Shown: positions 62,586 to 64,000 of the stretch, one piece after another | Layout: each line of letters opens with the position of its first letter | How positions within the stretch are numbered: the stretch's first letter is position 1 | Notes under the pieces: generated by a model | Database searches by the model: none | What the model was told of the DNA's origin: nothing | Seen by the model: the letters and a program-made list of their open reading frames with translations, nothing else | Origin: Verrucomicrobiota bacterium | GTDB taxonomy: Bacteria > Verrucomicrobiota > Verrucomicrobiia > Limisphaerales > SXTU01 | DNA: 64,000 nt | Assembly: GCA_016871445.1 (NCBI GenBank) | Contig: VHDH01000008.1 | Coordinates: 1,801 to 65,800, forward strand | Direction of reading: 5' to 3' | Program-made: the position numbers and the translations under genes

Positions 62586-62942
62586 GGGAGGTGCTTGGTA
62601 GCGGCAGTGCGCCGCGATGTCACGCGAATTGCAAACCGTGCACCATCAACTGTGCGGAACGGGATCGAACTCGCGCAAACAAGCCAGCCTCGCACCCGCT
62701 GCATGGCCATCCGGTCTGCGTGACTCAATTCCACGCCGTGAGGGTGTCCGGTGGTAGGGGCGGCTGAAAGATGAATTCAAACTGCCGACGGTGACTTGGC
62801 GGCAACCCCTAACGACCCTGCTCACCTGCCCGGCCCGCTCGGTGAGCTACGAAGTTCAGAAAACCTATGTGCGGGCGGGTCAGGTGCAGCAGTTGGTTCG
62901 GCTTGCCTTTGCGTCCACCCGCTTCACGTCATTACCCGGTGG

Positions 62943-64000
62943 CTATTTCATAACTGCCTTGAACAGCGACGACTCGGCTAGCGCCCGCGGGTCTTTCAGG
63001 CGAAAGTCGGCAGGCATCGTGATCGAATCCGCCTTGGTCGTGCCCACCGTGGGTTTGCCGTCTTGCGTTTCCTGCCCCGTGGCCTTTCGCCAATCGTCCA
63101 CGCTGGAGTACCGCTTCTCGCCGTGCAGGAACAGCGGATCGCCCTTCTTCGTGAGGTACGAGTTGGCTTCATGCCGCACATCTTCGATCTTCGCGTTGGG
63201 CAGGTTGTTGGACACCAGTGGAAGGTCGGCCGCCCCCGCCAGCGCGATGTTGTTTCGCAGGACACACCCGCGTATCTGGGTCTTGTCCTCCTTGGCCGCG
63301 AACCCCGTAATGTAGTCGGTAAACAACAGCCCCTTGCTCGCGCTTTTGCCTGCGGTCGCTTCCACAACGGCCAAGCACTTTTCGATCACGCACTCATCGA
63401 GTCCTGCGCCCCAAGCGACGAAGCCGAAACCGTAGCCCGCGCCCTTTTCGCGCCGACCGTCGTTGATGCTGATGCACGAACGGATGACGTTGCCCTTCGT
63501 GAGGCCCGCCTTGGGGTAGTCGCAGTGCATGAAGCCGGGGCCGTGGTTGTCGTAGGAGAGGCACTTCTCCACGACGCACTCGACGCAGCCACCGTCGAGG
63601 TCGAAGCCGCCACCGTCTTTGCCCTCGGTGCGGGTGCCGGAGGCGATGCAATTGCGAAACGTGACCTTGTTGCAGTCATAAGCCCAGAGCGCGACGCCGC
63701 CGCCCTTGCCGGTGTTCTCTGACGCGAAGCAGTATTCGACCGTCCCATCGCGAACGCCGCCGAGGACGATCCCGGAGCCGGACTTGTTTTTCGAAGCCAC
63801 ACAGTCGCGGATGACAATCTTCTGGTGCCCATACGCGGTCTGCTTGGCATCCTTCTTCCCGTAGAAACTGATGCCCGTGCCGCCATTGTCGTGGGCATTC
63901 ACTTCGCTGACGAGGACATCGTCGTACCCCGGTTGCGTGTCATGCCACGAGCCGATACTCACGCCGTCACCGCTGAAGTTGCTGATTTCCACTCGCTCGA
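62943..64000 (-). CDS. right-handed parallel beta-helix repeat protein (5' end beyond the window)
   Basis: The sequence shows Gly/Asn/Cys-rich beta-helix turns, for example NAHDNGGTGISF, IRDCVASKNKSGSGIVLGG, FRNCIASGT and GGGFDLDGG. The frame remains open upstream of the track start at 63992 through to the window end. Confidence 0.7.
   Translation of the reverse strand, partial: ERVEISNFSGDGVSIGSWHDTQPGYDDVLVSEVNAHDNGGTGISFYGKKDAKQTAYGHQKIVIRDCVASKNKSGSGIVLGGVRDGTVEYCFASENTGKGGGVALWAYDCNKVTFRNCIASGTRTEGKDGGGFDLDGGCVECVVEKCLSYDNHGPGFMHCDYPKAGLTKGNVIRSCISINDGRREKGAGYGFGFVAWGAGLDECVIEKCLAVVEATAGKSASKGLLFTDYITGFAAKEDKTQIRGCVLRNNIALAGAADLPLVSNNLPNAKIEDVRHEANSYLTKKGDPLFLHGEKRYSSVDDWRKATGQETQDGKPTVGTTKADSITMPADFRLKDPRALAESSLFKAVMK

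Overview
High-GC, gene-dense chromosomal segment, about 55 protein genes. The gene content points to a Verrucomicrobiota/PVC-group bacterium: four prepilin-like '[10 protein letters not shown] ... DGH' proteins, a PSCyt/DUF1549/DUF1553 plus DUF1501 pair, a PVC-type CxxCH heme protein, an arylsulfatase, and Asp-box/NHL propellers. Housekeeping genes are interspersed: hisS, der, purD, ilvE, infA, an IlvD/Edd dehydratase, a carB fragment, and mcsA-mcsB. I found no rRNA, tRNA, CRISPR array, transposase, integrase, phage gene or recognisable defence system, so I cannot point to one clear-cut novel system. The features most worth a second look are listed here. (1) A diverged 1004-bp segmental duplication has left a headless Asp-box propeller gene abutting an N-truncated CHASE2-adenylate cyclase that also carries an in-frame TAG in its catalytic motif. 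(2) A secreted protein is built from 78-bp coding tandem repeats arranged as a 156-bp higher-order repeat. (3) A five-gene envelope lipoprotein operon encodes a glycine-zipper protein, an LpoB-like protein, a COG3014-like protein, a YcfL-like protein and an unknown. (4) Prepilin-like genes are translationally coupled to small proteins that share a pseudopilin-like C-terminal module, at two loci. (5) carB is represented only by its C-terminal half. (6) A secreted-protein gene is frameshifted at a short homopolymer inside its signal peptide. (7) Several strong hairpins and AT-rich ORF-free spacers are present. Many long ORFs in the supplied track are antisense shadow ORFs typical of high-GC DNA and were not called. 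Both window edges cut genes that the ORF track omits. All family assignments come from motif recognition by eye, not from searches.
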